In this document: positions 24,335 through 38,544 of the stretch, in pieces | How positions within the stretch are numbered: the first letter of the stretch is position 1 | Layout: the number at the start of each line of letters is the position of its first letter | NCBI GenBank assembly: GCA_030704615.1 | Contig: CM060733.1 | Span: 47,058,001-47,122,000 of the forward strand | DNA length: 64,000 nucleotides | Source of the DNA: Takakia lepidozioides | Taxonomy: Eukaryota > Plantae > Bryophyta | Reading direction: 5' to 3' | Program-made: the position numbers and the translations under genes | The notes under the pieces: model-generated | Seen by the model: only the letters and a program-made list of their open reading frames with translations | Database searches by the model: none | Told to the model about the DNA's origin: nothing

Positions 24335-26730
24335 CTCATTGCGAGCATCAAGGGGGAGGATGACACTCGATGGAGATGATCACATTTTACCACCCATGTC
24401 AGCTGATCCGGATCAAACTGGCCATATTCTTGTCTCGGGAATTTTTACGGTGAATGGTCTATCCTTGATTTTGCTGCCGTGTGCTCCTAGGGAGGCAAGG
24501 TTTGGAGTGTTCTCTCAAAAAATGATAATGGAAAGACTCGGGCAGTGGCCAAAACATCAAAGTCAGCTAGTGCATGGGCTCCTGATGTGTCAGGGTCACA
24601 ATTCCTTAGTTGAGGATCCGTGATCATTCGGGAGGTTTTCTTCCAAGAATGCATGTTGAATGCTTTGTCAATTGCTAACAGTGAGGATGATCGGTGTCGG
24701 TTGTGTTGCAGAAGACTGTGGCTGACCTGAAGTTTATAATGGATGCCTTGTTCCAGCTGTTGCCATGCCAGCTACCCAGGCCGGGCCTGATGAATGGGAA
24801 TGGGGAACTGCAAGTAGCAGATATAGCAGTTGCATCAGAGGCTGGGTCTGTAATTGTTGGTGTGTGGACCTCATTTAGAGGTGTGCCTTTGGACAAGAGA
24901 ATAAAAGACTCTATGGAAGCTATTCCTGCTCGGCTACAGGCATTCACTGGTGGATTACTTGCATCAGCTGGGCGATATGTTGTGAAAGGAGAGTTGACAG
25001 ACGGGCCAATATTGGACATGGCTCACCTGCACAAGGCATTGCAAGTATGAATGATGGGCTTTGAAGTCTAGATAGGTGACAGAAACTCAGTACGTTGGTT
25101 GTGCTGTGTGCATAAACCTATACCCACTGTCGGGAGCTGACGAAGTTGGTGGGAAAGTGATGGTGGCTTGTCACTATTCTACATGTTGTTTTTCTACTTG
25201 GTCCATGGATTGGTGAGAGACAGTCACCAAGTCTGTACTGCAATTCTCAGTTTACGGGTTCAAGATGAATCCGCGTTCATTGTTTTGTTGGTATCTGTGT
25301 CTATTTTGTCCTTGCTTCTTTTTTGTCCTTTTTTCTGTTTTCTTGTCTCTGTTTTTCCATTCTTTGCTGGTTGTTTCTGGTTTTCTCCTCTGAAAAACCC
25401 TCTAACCTTCGATCAGATCTTCTCAGTACTTTTTTTTGGCTACCTTTAATTGCAAGTATTGAGATATCTCAACACTTATAAGGATATTTGAATCCTAACT
25501 AATCCTCTCTTTTATACCATGGCAGGCAGTCTACTGAAGCATCTAAAGTTGCAAATGGAGGTCCTCCTAAATTTTAAGCTCCTTGCACAAGTGGTGGTTG
25601 TCCTATCCTACCAACAACCCGAAATTTATCTTGTGTTACCTGCCCATCCAGCCAAGAACGAACTTTTTGACAACGTATTACAGTGAAAAAGTTGGTATCT
25701 TTCTGTGTATATGTTTATATCTTCAGTTGGGCCCAATGCTGAAGGACTGTTGTTTGTGGATGCAGTTTTTCTCACAAAACTTGGCCCTGGCAGACAAAGC
25801 CATTGACACAGACAGAGTGGCAAAGCTGGTTGGTGCAACTGCTGTGCAGACTAAAGGTGCAGCTACTATTGATGCCTTTCTCATAAGTAGAGGATATGCG
25901 GCGCTACTTACCCCTGGTATGTTCTTGTCTTCTGATTCCACACATATGCTTTTTGACCTTTTTCGACAGATATCTTGTCTGATGTTGAGGAAGTGAGCAG
26001 TGACAACCATTACCTTGGGCACTGCCATGTGTTATCCTAAATTTTTTGTACCTTTACAGGCTCACCTGAACTTTGCCATTGAATGTCATGTTTGCAAAGT
26101 TTGACAACCATTATCCTGCTTTGGGTTGTGGAAGTTTGTGCTCTTCAGTTTCTTATGAAGCTCTGTTGTTTGACAATGTCCGTGACAGTATGTGCTGTTC
26201 TGCCCCATGAGCACAACTTTGACCATCTGCCATTGAGTGTGAATGGGGTCGAGGTGCCCTACTGGAGGGCCATGTGTGGATATGTGACCCCTATATCAGT
26301 TGCTGGCAACCCTGTTGTAACTATGCCTCTATGCTTTATCAATGGCAGGCCTTGTGGCATACAGGTCCTCTCTCTCCCTCCCCTCTCTTCAATCACAAAG
26401 CGTAGCAATCGGTTGTAGCTCTTATCCTCTCACTGGTAATATTGGGCTGGTGCAGGATGCTTTCTACCTGTCTGGATTCCGGTTATTGAAGCTAGAAAGT
26501 ATATATTTTGTGTCATTGCAAAATCTGCTAGAGACTGCACCTTGCAATGTTTCAATAAAGCATGCTTCGCAGAATGATTTGTGAACCTTGGCCTTGGTTG
26601 TCAAAAACCCACATCCTGGTGTTGTGTGTAGCAGGTGATTGGCAGGATGGGACATGATGAGGAACTTCTGAGAGTGTGTGCAAGCCTGGAGCTACAGTTT
26701 ACCCATACCCAGCATGGTGTTGACAAGTGA
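24335..26730 (+). CDS. Amidase-signature family protein, 3' part; exons <24335-24449, 24712-25044, 25766-25916, 26189-26364, 26635-26730
   Basis: GT-AG exons join in frame: LRASRGRMTLDG...GIFT|KTVADL...|..IDAFL..YAALLTPV|CAVLPH...TPISVAGNPVVTMP...GRPCGIQ|VIGRMGHDEELLRVCASLE. The 5' part is in or beyond the gap. Confidence 0.82.
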
Positions 26731-27194
26731 AGCACAGTAGGCACAGATGTCTGTAGTACTTCCGTCCTATTGACTCCCTACAGCATCTACCTAGTCTTTC
26801 AGGATATAGCGTACTGCAAAACCACAAAACCACCTCCATCAACTCGTGGTATTGCAAAAACTGGATATTTGCAACGTCTGGTGCCGCCTGTGCACATTAG
26901 CACAGGCGCACATCCTTATTGTTCCAAGGGGAGTAGTATTTGAAGGGTGTCAACCCTGAAATTGAAACTTAGCTGGGTGGGATGCTGACAACACTGCCCC
27001 CACCATTCTAATCACATAGCAAACCGAGGACCAGTTCTGTCCTTCAAAAAATTTACATACCAACCTGTGAAAATCACAAGTTCCTCTGTGCAAATGAAGT
27101 GAACCTGCAAATGTGAATGCCTGATAGGGGAGTCATGTCTGAAGGTTGTGAAACTTAGCTGGAGGGCATGCCGAAAAGGTCCTGTGTAGGTTGC

Positions 27195-27582
27195 CATATG
27201 CCAATGCGGATAAATCAATACTGGTGTAGTTGTTACTGACAGCGGAAGAGCTTCAAATGCTTGCTGACAACACGGTGTCCAGTCAAACACAACATCTTTT
27301 TCCAATAGTTTACTCAGAGGTGCTGCTAACTGTGCATAACCCTAATAAACCAACCTTCTCGAATAGCTTCTTTGTCTAGGGAATCTTCTGAGTCCCTTGG
27401 CATTAATTGGTGCTGGTGCAGCTCTTATAGCTTCTGGCTTCCTGGGATCTACAATATGGCCCATAAGTAGTCCTGAGTTCACACAGAAAGTGCAATTTTC
27501 TGGATTCAACCCAAGGCCCCTCATCCTGCACCTTGCCAAGCAAAGCTCCAACTTCTGCAAATGCTCATTCATGCAAATCTGA
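27195..27582 (-). mobile_element. Ty3/gypsy reverse transcriptase fragment
   Basis: HLQKLELCLARC..GL.LNPE.C.F...G.LMGHIV..., YAQLAAPLSKLLEKDVVFDWTPCCQQAF; similar to 55780-56120. Confidence 0.85.
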
Positions 27583-30500
27583 AGAATAGCATAGGCCTTC
27601 CATCTACTCTTATGATCTCAACCTCTAAATCTTGGCTTCCATAGAGACATTGACAGGAGAAAAGGGCAAGCAAGCTACAGAAGCGGAGCGAACGTAAGGG
27701 AAGAGCGTGCAACACCGCCTGACGAGCTCCAGAGCCAAACCGAAGACTTCGAGCAGACGACTTCCAAGCCTATCGAGACCTGGATTTAAAATCTAAACCC
27801 TAAAGTTAAAACCCCTCGCAGATCTGGCATTGAGCATCGTTTCTCACTGCGTCTTGGTTTTGAGAGCATCGCTGGGTTGAGAGTGTGGATCGATGGCCGG
27901 GCTCAGCAGAAGTATGACGAGGTCCCTGGTCTCTACGACGAGGTCTGCCCTTCGTCATTGTAGGAGCAGCGGAGAGGCTGCGCCAGCACCTACCCGGAGC
28001 ATGGCAAGCGTGAGGCCACCAATTGTTAGACAAGTCCCCTCCCCCAACTCGCATTCTACCAGGTCATTCGTGGAGAGCCGGCGCCCAGGTTCCTTCTTCT
28101 TCAGGTGACTGGATCTCTCTGAGGGCGTTTGTGAAAACGAGACAGAGAGGAGAGGGGGAGGGGGAGGAGTCTTTGATATGTTGAAAATTGGAGAAATGCT
28201 TGCAAGAGGCTTGTGGGGTTTGGACACGGGGGAATGTCGCTAGATTTGTAGCATTTGATGTTTGTTGAAGTTCATGGCTTAGGCTGTATTCCCTGCGAAG
28301 TTGTAAACGAAGCACCACGTGAAATCTGTGTTAGCTTCTAAGATGGTTGAGTTTGTTGGGCCTTGGGACAGACTACCAGGCGAAATGGCATGTGCCCAAT
28401 CGTTGATGCCATTGCACAGTGCTACGGCTGCAACACGCATGGTGGCTCAGCTCAGCTCGACGACGGGCGCTCTATTCCAGGGTATTACCCCCAATGTGTC
28501 TCCTTTCAGCAATGTGTTATTTGTCTCCCTTTTTTACCCACTATCTAGGTAGCGATTCCGTTTGTATCATTCTCCACGGTTGTCACGCTCACAACATCAC
28601 ATGTCACATGTAGCAGCGTGCACTTTGTATCCTCCAAGTCATATAGCTTCTCCATCCATCCTCGGTGCCTTACGAAACTACATCGTTTTCCTTATGGATT
28701 TGTACATGTGGAATTCAAAACTAGTGATTTCATCACCGTCACATTTTGTTGCAGTTCATTGGCCCCACTGTTGCTGTAAGCAAGTTAAATATTGGGATTA
28801 GGACAGACTATGACCATGCATGCACAGCACACTGAGTTGGTGTGAGAGAGAACCATCAGTTTGAAATTGTGCACCTCTGTAACTGGCCTCCATTTTTATT
28901 CCTTGATTTTGTAAGTAAGCACCCCAGAATAGCAAAGATTGCCCCGTCTGGTGTCTTCCCTCTGTCACACTAGTTGTGCCTCGTAGATGTAACATATGCT
29001 ATCAGTTGCAGGGATTGCTGGGCTGTGCATGTTAGGGCCTCTAATTGGCCCGCATCATCTCCATATACATTATTTTCCAATTTTTGCCACCTGCATACCC
29101 ACATTGTAGCAGAACCCATGGTTGCATCCAGTTCAGCTAGATTGACAAATTGAATTACAGACTTTCATGGCCAACATTTTTGCGGTGGTCCATAGGGACC
29201 TTGAGGTACAGGATCCTCTCCGCAGTTTATAGATTCTTTATGGCTGCCACATGCTTAACAAGCAAGACATTGTTCTGTGATGATGGCCTCGAACCGAGTC
29301 TCTTTGGAAGTAAAAGTAAGAATCTCATAGTATGTATTGCAAGCTGTCACCTTCAGAGAACAACCTGCTGACATAGCTTCACTGAGTAGTTCCCATGAAC
29401 ATGAAGTGTCGGGGGACTGTAGCCTCAAGCAATTCAAGCACTTCTGAAACAATTCATAAGTGTGGATTGAGGTGCCTCAATTTTGTATCATGTCTCTATT
29501 TCATGCGCCCAAGGTCCCCCTACCTTAAGAAGATGATTGTGTTGAAGTGGAAGCCTCACGATGTACGGAGGACCGATCAATATGCCATCATTGAGCCAGC
29601 TAAGTTTGCAAAGCTGTGCATCTGGTAGACTGGAGGTTTGGGTTTCTTCGCCCTCATGATCAGTCATGTTTATCCTAGCAAATGTTGAAGCTCATGAGCG
29701 CTGCATGGGCTGGTGGACGTGCGTGAATCAGATGATGAAGACGACACATAGCACATGCGTATGGGCATCCGTTTTGATTGGCACATGTGTAGCCTTGTCT
29801 TGTCACATTGCACATAAGAGCGCTAGGTTACATGATTTAGTGACATGCAAGTCACATTGCATCGCCCTGTTGGTTTCGCTTGGATGATAATTATTGCACC
29901 TGATGGGCACCGAGATAGCATATCGTCCTTGGGCACATGTTGATGCTGAGGCTGCTTGTCAGTGTTGATCCCACTAGGCTTGTGATCTCAACATGGCTTG
30001 TGGTCTTGGTTCAGACTTCAGACTCTAGCAATATACATCTTGTGGCACTTGGTTTATGTTGAGGTTTTCTGCTGGTCTGGTGTGTTGGGCCCCTCATTTT
30101 GTCCATCTTACATCTTCCTGTCATGTAGTCATTATGGTTTGTTTGTCTGCTACATACACTTGTGTCTTTGCTGGACAATGGTGAAGGAGTTAAGTTTGTG
30201 GTTGTCCTTTCTGTCAGGAATGTGGACAAGTGAGGATGGATAATTGAGGATGCTTGAGGTTGAGGACGTCTGTGAGACAGCTGAAGCCAAGAAAACGGAC
30301 TGAAGGAGGATCATACCAGCTCTAGCCCTATATTAATGCAAGAGTTGTTTTGACTGTCTACTTGCTAAATGGCATGCAGTGCCAAAGGGCTCCTCGGCTT
30401 CCACCTTCCCAGTTTTGGAAGAGTTAGGACTGCTGGATCTATCTTTTGTTTCTCATTTCTTCAGATTATTTCCACAATGGCGGAGTTATGCTGTCACATG

Positions 30501-31783
30501 GGGCTGAAATTTTTGTAGTCAAGAGCGAGTTCCTTTCGTTGAGGTGATACCTTGGAGTTTGCACTGTGGGACAAATAGCAAAATGGTCAAGCCATATTTG
30601 TTCAAGTTTAAGTAGGAAGAAAAGTCATCTATCAAATGGCTGTTTGTTGTCTGTGTTTTCCCTATTGAAAGCCTTTGCTTACTCTTTTGCTCTATTGGAT
30701 TTCACGTCTCCATAATAACAAGGTAACTTCAGATCAAAGCATACAGATTTTACATGTCATTCAGCAGCGGTTGTCTAATAATGGAACTGTTTTTTGTGCC
30801 ATTTTCAGTTGGTCCATATGCTGACACTCATTTTACCCCTGTTGTCAATGCTTGCACCGGTGCTGTAACTAGAACCTGTGGAAATGGGTGTCATCACCAA
30901 GTGGGAAGATCGCTTTTGGATCTTGTAGTGATAGATGTCCACTACCACTAAATGCTGATCGACAGAGGCTAGCCTGATTAGAATGGAAGTTGAAGAGTGG
31001 GAAAGCTACACACTCCCAGCGTCGAAATGCGAATGTTGTTTGCCATCGTTGCAACTATCATTCTGTTTTGTTGGAAGATCTTTGTGTTCCTTGAAGCTAA
31101 ATAGCTACAAAATCGTGGCTTCATGTTCCGCCCAAAAATTGTTGAGACAGATCCACTGTGGAAGCTGGGAGATTCCAATCAAATGGTAGAGGCCATAAAA
31201 GATCCAAACAGTTTTCTGAAGTAAGGGGTAAAAACAACTATGGCTTGCTGTATCAAATATAAGATTTTTTCCAACTGGCATTTGTTTTCTTGTTGGCGGA
31301 AATAGGGGAGGAAAACTAAAGAAAGAGTATGCGAAGAAGGAAGACATAAGTGAAACTGAGTTGGTGGGTCTGCCAACGCTAAGTTACTTAGGCCCACCAC
31401 CGCTCAAGACCAGCGATCTGCGTAGCAACGCACTCTCCAGAACATTCTCCTGCTTCGAGGACTGCGGTATGGTGGGGGGCCCGTTATCAGGCACAGCGAT
31501 TCCTGGATGGGTGATGCAAGGGTGGAAAGCAGAAAGAAAGGAAGAAGGGTTCATAGGTGTGTGGCTATGGATCCGGATGCTTTTCATAAGTTGCATGCAA
31601 TTTGACAGAGGAAATACTGCTTTGAAAGTTTGCAATTTGAATGCAGGTGCTGTGCGTGATGTGAATTCTTTTGAAAGTTTGCAATTCGCATCCAGGTGCT
31701 GTGCCTGATCGATATTGTCGGTCTGCAGTGGTGCTTTGCTTTTGATTCAGATTCAGTAATCTGCCAGGCGAGCCGACGCTGCA

Positions 31784-34700
31784 ATGCAACAGTCTCGGCG
31801 TGTTATGCCATCGCCAGGGCAAGAGCAGCAGCTAGAGTGGCCGCATCCACGAGAACTGCAGCTTCAGGCTGCCAGAAGTATGGGGCACGAGGCGTGTGTG
31901 GGCACGTTGGAGGTCCAAACGCCACAGCCCGCAGTGCAGCTGGGCTTCATGTGTGGCAGCCTTCCTGTTCCGACTGTCAGTCCCACCTCAATCGCTTCCT
32001 CCACCCCAATTTCCTCTGTGGAGGCCGCCCTCATTCCTGCAATAAGCCTGCAGAGCCAGCGGTATGAAGCTGTTCCTTAATCTCATTATTCTGAGCTGTA
32101 GGGTAGCGCTATGGGTCGAGCCGGATTGCAGACTATAATGCATGTATGGCATGCGGTTTCGCAGGGCAGCAGCACCGCGCTATCGGTTGCTGCCGATGGA
32201 AACAGACCTCAACACACCACCCTCCAACGGTATCCAGCCAGAGCAGTTGTTGCCAGTCACGACATCACATGATGCGGGAGGTAGGTCCTTTTGTTGTTCT
32301 GGACGTTTTACCTGATGTGATCATGGAGAACTGCTACAATGTGGAAACTCGATTCAAAGGAGAGTGGGCGCTGGGGTTAGGGTTCAACTTGCAAACAATC
32401 TTTGAAGTTTGGTACAGTTGCAGATCGGATTAAATACAGATGAGAAAACTGAACAAATTTAGGGTAGTCATCTGACTTGCAGTTTCTAGTCAATCTTTCA
32501 TATATTTCAATGGAAATGCTGCAGTTTTCCGGCAGAAACTAGTCTAAGCATGGGGCTATACAGCACAGGGTGACTGAAGAAGTGTGGCAGGGGGTAATTG
32601 TGGGTGCAAGGGATTAATTGCTGTGTACTTGGTGGTGTCTTGACATGAAGGATTGTGCAGCGCATGGGGAGGAGGCTATTTAAGCCAACCTATGGCAAGG
32701 AAATGTGAGGCTCTTGCTGTCAGTGCCCTTACTGGATATGGAGATGAGATTGATGTGGTGGCCCCAGTAGACATACTGAAGCAGATCTTCAAGACACCAT
32801 ATTGCAAAGGACGCTTATCTGTAGCCGTGCATCGCATTGGACGCACCCTTATTTTGAATAGTGGGTATGTTCCTCTTCTCCCACTTTTAGGACCTTGGTG
32901 AATAGCATAAGATGGGATTTGGAGCTGGAAGGTGTTTGAATGGGAATGGGCTATTGACTGTCCTTCTGTCGATGTGATTTTGGTTGCAAACCATCAAATG
33001 ACTAATCTCAGCTGCACTTGCTTTCATTTTCCGGCGCTGGACGTAACAGACCTGATATTGAAGAAGGTGAAAAATTAGCAAGACGAAAGAAAAATCAGAC
33101 CAAGGCAATGGAGAGAGCTTTATTTTCAAAATTTGTGCAGCATTCAGTACACGGTGAGGCATGTGATGCGTCCGGTGTCCCCCAGACTCCTGCTACAGGA
33201 GGCCCATCAAATAACAGGAGAGCTGCTGGAAGTGCCTCTAGAAGCTTTGCAGGCTCAGAATCAGGGCATGTGCCATGGCATGTTGTAGAGGAGCATGAGA
33301 ATGGAAGCTGTTGCAGTGAAGATGAAATATGTGCAGCATCAAGGATGCCGACCAAAAAAGGCAAACCAAGGATTTCTTTGAGTCATTGTAGGCGCACCCA
33401 ATGTGGAGTGGGATTAGAATCAATTCAGAAGGCCAGATTTATGAGAGAGAAGCAGCATGACTCTGAATTTGTGCCCAAGGATGCAGAGAAACCACCCAGA
33501 TCCTCTACGTCTGAGGGATTTCTTCGGGTTCTGTTTTGGCAGTTCCAAAACCTGCGCATGCTTCTGGGGAGTGACTTGCTGCTCTTCAGCAATGACAAAC
33601 ATGCTGCTGTCAGCTTGCATCTGATGGAAATTGGTCGGCAGGTGCTACATCCTTTTCAAGTGACTCACAACTGCATAGATTAGTACCTTCGCAAATTGGT
33701 GTTATTTCAGGCTCTGCCAGTTGTGAACCATCAAGTTGTTTAAAGATAGGACTCCTTCCATATTCTATTAGGCAGGCCCTGCAATTGGTGGCAGGGGGAG
33801 AGGGTGGAGGAGATGATTATACTCACTCGTATGATGGTCTATAAGTAGACAGATATGAGAATTTGAAATCGTGCCTGATTGTCGCAGGTCACACCACTCA
33901 TGTGGCTGGATGCATGGCTGGACAATGTTATGGCAAGTACACCTGAGCTGGCTGTGTGCTATCATCGGAATGGAGTTGTTCAAGGTTACGAGCTTCTGAA
34001 AACAGATGACATTTTTCTACTGAAGGGGCTTTCAGAAGATGGCACTGCCGTTTTTCATCCACATGTTGTCCAGCAAAATGCTTCATCCGTCCTCAGATTT
34101 CTCCAAGAAAATTGCAAGCAGGATCCAGGAACTTACTGGGTAGATGTTCTGCTCCTCGTGGTAGAATAACATGATTATGAGTTGAGCACGAGATGGCTAT
34201 CAGCCTATCAGCAATAACATCAGGTGCATGTGAAGTTCTTTGTGAGGGTTTTATTTTATGAAGATGGATGCTATCTATGTTACAGTGACTGTTGGTGGGT
34301 CTTGGAGACATTCTCTGACAAAAAATTGGGTTCTGGCAGCTCTTTAAAAATGCAGGGGAGGATATGATGCAGTTATTTGATCTGTCAGTCGTCTCCAAAA
34401 GATGCTCCACATGCGGGGACAAAGAAGATAAGGGTTGTGGCACACTACCATCATGTAGGAATCAGGGCAACGGTCACTATTCGCTCCCATTGGCGATGCT
34501 CTTGTATCGACTTGCCAATCGCTTGTCCCGTTCCCAGGTAACATTTCATTTAGCCACCTACAGGTGTTAGGTGAATGATGCCAATGTAAGGTTTCTGGTA
34601 TCTCAGGACAACTACATGACTCCAAAGTTGTTAGCAGCAAGAACTTGTGATTGGGCTTATGGTTTGAAGGGGCTTATGGCTTGTATTTCATGGTTGAATT

Positions 34701-37700
34701 TCATATAATTTCATTCATCTTCACAATATAGATTAGTGCAATCAGTATTTTTAGAGTTATTGGTACTGTAAATTAGGATTTCAGGTGATTGTCATGGACT
34801 CTAGTGTTTGACATGCAGGATCCAGCCGACAGATGCAAATGTGCTAAGCTTTTTGGGAAATGTCTGGAATTTATGGACGAGCAAGAGCACCTGGTATTTA
34901 TATTTTCTCTTTGTGCTGTCTTTTGCCTTAGTCACCAACAGATTGTGACCATTAATGGATCAAGTGGTAATACAACTCTTGCTGAGGTTTAGTTACCTCT
35001 CAAATGTGAGTTTGGAGTTTACTGAGGCTCTCACATTGATATATAAGTTTACTAACTTGGGTAAGTTGTTGATGTTATGCGATTCAAGGAACAAAGTGGG
35101 CACCTTACCTCAAACACTGGGTAGCAGGACCTTCATCCGCTGATGACCCACCATATGCCTTAATCATACTTGCTCGACAACAAGCTGTATTGATTTCGTG
35201 TCTAGAAAAGTGGGGACACAGTTGCTCATGTGGGCCTCACGGTGATCCCATGCCGTGGATGTTGGGGAGAAACACTTGGATCTAAAAAGTCCTTATCTTT
35301 GTTATGCAGGTAATTCGAGCTTCTGCACATGAGCATGTAGCAAGGCTAATCTTAGCTTGTTATAAGGAGCTTGGTTCCATGGTGAAGCCCCTCTTGTTGG
35401 AGTCTGGCAAGATTGATACCGCAGTCAATACTGAGTTGAAGCAGCCTGCATTGGGACTACCTTCCCTTCCACCACAGGTTGGGGTGCAGGAGGATGCAGT
35501 GGCTGGAACAATCATATGTGAGTTAGATGCGGATAAGAGTGCAGTTGACACTCTGCTGCCAGCTGTACGAGCATCAAACCACTGCTGTGTGTATGAAGAC
35601 GTGGTGACATTTCCACAGCCAGAAATTTTAGTTGCTGAAAGGTTAGGGGCAACTACTTCAGGCCCTGTTAATCTCACTTCTGCAAGCATCCAAGTTGTGG
35701 AGACTCCATTGTGCTCTCAGGACTCTTACAGCAGTTCCCAGCAGCAGAGTTGCGAAGTAACTCCTCACAGTGCTGGTGAGATGGAAAACAAGCTGGCAAT
35801 GGCTGACAAAGCACCTAAGCTGATGCGGACTATTGCTGGTCCCGTATCTGCCCGTTTGGCAGCTGTGCACCACATCTCCCAGGCCATCAAAGCTCTAAGG
35901 TGGCAAAGGCAGCTTCAAGACGTGGGAGACACTGTCATCAGGTCTGAGAGCATTGTGCCTGTGCAAAATAGACGCATTCAACAGGTTTCTGAGTGCATCT
36001 GTGGAGAGATTGAATGTGTTGCCATTTGTGATTTTAGGGACATAGAGATAGGCTTTGGAATGGACCAGAAGCTTTGGCGATTGCTGTTACTACTCGGTGA
36101 CTCTTACCTTTCTCTTGGACAAGCATATAAAGATGATGGGCAGCTTGGACGAGCACTAAAAGCTGCAGAACTGGCCTGTCTAGTGCATGGTTACATGCCT
36201 CGCTCTACTGTGGACACTTCTACTAAAACTCCTGAGGTTCAAAAAGTTGATATGAACATCTGGCATCAGTTCAATGTATCACCGCAAACTGCCTGTAAGA
36301 AGAATTTGAGAGAGTATGAGAGTCCATTAGAGGTGAACCTTGCTAATGCGTCAACTTTAGTACCAGCGGACAGGGCATCTAAACTCGGAAATACATCAGG
36401 AGCTGGACCGCCTTCAACAGGGAAAGGCTTGTTTTGGGGGAAAGTCTGGACATTTGTTGGAGATGTGTTTGCTGAGATTCAGCGGTCACTCGGTGAAACA
36501 GATCTTTCAGTTCATCAAGAAGCATCACAATGTGAAGAGTTAAAGATGGCCCAAGAGGTGATGAAGGAGGTAAAGCGCCTGAAAAAAAAGGTTAGTCAAT
36601 TAAGAGGCAGTTGCAGCATTTGCAGTCTTACCAGCTGCAGCTGTGAGAATGACAGAGCCAGCAGCGGTAACAGTGCCAGCAGCAGCAATGGTCCTTTTAG
36701 TATCCACACTGCTGTGAAGTATGCCCGTAAGCATAACAAGAAAACCAGTGGCATAAGTTCTAGTCCAGTGGGCTCTGACGTCCCTAATGAGAAGAGCCTT
36801 CGATCAGATCGAAACCTTGATAGTGGTGTGAGCAGACCTGCGGGAGACGTTCCCCCTGGCACTGGCATAGTCACTGGTGCTCCGATTGATGAAGCTTACG
36901 AGGAGACCAGGAAAATAGATCTGGATTCTGGTGTGAAGGAGTTAACGCATGTGAGCAGTGGGGAAGGCTCAACAATCTTGGAGTCCGTGGGTTGCACAAA
37001 CGCTAGAGACATCTTTTCGTACCTTGTGAGACCGATGACTGTGGATTGGGAGATGAACTTGTCAGCAGCGGTGGATTGCTACACTGCTGCAGTAGTTGCT
37101 TACACAGAAGTGCCAGAATGTTGTCAGGACCTTGAAGGGGCACTGCGGAAGAAAGGGTGGGCTTGTAATGAACTGGGGCGAAGAAGGCTTGCTCATGGAA
37201 ATGTAAAAGCAGCAGAAGAAGCATTTGAGACAGCTATCAAAGTGTTCAGGGAGGTTAAAGATTTCACAAATATAGTGTTGGTATACTGCAACTTGGCACA
37301 TGGTCGAAGAGCAGCTGCTGAGGTTTTTGCCTCCCAGTTATCTGCTTGGGAGGAATCCCTCTCTCCCCAGTTTTATCAGGCATACACACGGATTGTATCA
37401 GAAACCAAGTTCTTATATCAAGAAGCTTTGAAGTTTTACGGCACAGGTAGGAGAGAACTCCTGGGGTTGGGAGATGGAGCGGAGCGCTCTTTGAGTGGAC
37501 TGTGGGACGAAGTGCACACACAATTGGCACACACATATCTCAGGTTGGGGATGCTTTTGGCTAGGGAGGAGAAGTTTGCAAAAGCTCACAGGAGTGAAAC
37601 AGAGGGACAGAGATCACTCGAGATAGGGGCTACTGAGGATTCAAGGGGGAGAAAGCTGCCAGGGACTAAAGGGGGGATATCAGCCAAAGATGCAATATTA

Positions 37701-38544
37701 AAGGCATTGGTTCTATATGAGTCTCTGGGTTCTCTACGGGCACAGGAAGCAGCCTATGCACAGTTTCAACTGGCTTGCCATCAGAGGGACTGTTGTCTTT
37801 TTGCCATGGCCATGCAAGCAGAGGAGTGTGGGTTTGAGAAGGGAGACAGCAGCTGTTTCCAGCGAGCCAAGCGATTTGCTTCTTTGGCAGACCTCTACTG
37901 GCAGAAAGCTCTGGAGTACTACCGGGCAGAGACTCACCCTGACATGTTCCTGGAGATATTAATGCAGAAATCGGCTGTCTGCGTGGCTGTAGCACCATCA
38001 TCTCATCCCAACCTGGTGTGTGTTGTTTGCGCATCTTAGGCTTATTTGGCTGTTTTTGTACTTCAGGAGATATAGTTAAGTGTGTTCTTGACTAGGCGAT
38101 GGGGCGACTGGGGAGATTTACATCGATGGTGAAATTGACTTGGATGTTTTTGCGTGTTGACAGATGCTGGAGCAAGCTCTTTCACACTTACTGGAAGGAA
38201 GGCGAGTTCTGTCAGTGAGGGGTTCATCAGGTGTGACTAATGGACAGGGGCTGGAGCAAAGGACATGCAAACCTTCTTCAGATGTACTGGCCAAGTTTAC
38301 ACAACAGCTGCAGACACTTCTTAGGACAATGTTGGGAGTGGCAATGAGTGCAGGAAAACCATCAACTACGAGCTGCAATGGAAGTCTACACATCAAGTTC
38401 CGCAAAAGTAGCATGAGCAGCAATGTGCATGTAGGACCAGCAAGATCTAGTGATGTTGACAGGCTGAGAGAGATGTATCGAAGTGCTTTGACATTCCAAG
38501 AAGATCCTGACTTGGGGGGACTCTATGAAATATGGATCTGTTGA
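31784..38544 (+). CDS. EDRF1: EDRF1-like (erythroid differentiation-related factor 1 homolog) TPR-like protein; exons 31784-32061, 32165-32280, 32651-32864, 33050-33641, 33888-34139, 34340-34537, 34819-34893, 35310-38015, 38164-38544
   Basis: Plant EDRF1-type motifs GFMCGSLPV, APRYRLLPMETDLN, YGDEIDVVAP..ILKQIFK.PY, GPDIEEGEKL, LLGSDLLLFSN, WLDAWLDNVMAS.PELA.CYH.NGVVQGYELLKTDDIF, KKGWACNELG; all splice phases are compatible. The start could instead be 31805 or 31879. Confidence 0.9.

Noticed and set aside
27600-31400. Short ORFs upstream of EDRF1
   Set aside because: No recognisable domains or consistent splice chain; treated as intergenic/UTR.
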